A DNA stretch of 63,475 bases, counting the filler, from Octopus bimaculoides (lineage: Eukaryota): NCBI RefSeq assembly GCF_001194135.2. It is 7 parts of 7 records of this genome, joined end to end, with 100 filler letters (N's around TTAATTAATTAA, not from the genome) between each part and the next. Parts side by side here need not be neighbours in the genome. Positions count along the whole stretch, not along the records: positions 61,645 to 63,475 come from NC_068998.1; 6 more parts are not named here. The stretch is one strand, 5' to 3'. Below are positions 63,438-63,475 of the stretch, piece after piece. Numbering within the stretch: position 1 is the first letter of the stretch; every line of letters starts with the position of its first letter. A program made the position numbers and the translations under genes. The notes beneath the pieces are model-generated. The model was not told the origin of the DNA. It saw nothing but the letters and a program-made list of their open reading frames with translations, and did no database searches.

Positions 63438-63475
<38 letters not shown>

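Overview
AT-rich, microsatellite-dense animal genomic DNA from a draft assembly with many N gaps. The SINE families and the (TA)n/(CA)n/(CATA)n load point to a cephalopod, most likely Octopus (inference). No intact protein-coding gene is recognisable, and almost all ORFs in the supplied track are microsatellite or N-gap artefacts. The window is mostly decayed mobile elements: many tRNA-derived SINEs, five fragments of restriction-like-endonuclease (RLE; HERO/NeSL-type) LINEs, RTE and L1/Tx1 LINE fragments, Penelope-like remnants, mariner/Tc1 fragments and MITEs, a near full-length decayed Chapaev3 transposon, a Helitron helicase remnant and two related solo-LTR-like sequences. Most notable: (1) minimal type I hammerhead ribozymes with a palindromic helix III in Penelope-type terminal repeats, two of which show compensatory covariation; (2) a three-copy GG..CC MITE with 8-bp TSDs (Merlin-like) carrying an internal (CCCTAA)n-(TTAGGG)n telomeric palindrome; (3) RLE LINE fragments embedded in either (AAT)n or (CATA)n microsatellites; (4) SINE-derived long hairpins; (5) a CpG-depleted 12.6-kb block bounded by two artificial spacer gaps; (6) tentative exons for a secreted cationic peptide and a knottin-like Cys-rich peptide. 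Coordinates of decayed repeats are approximate, and family names come from motif recognition by eye rather than database search.
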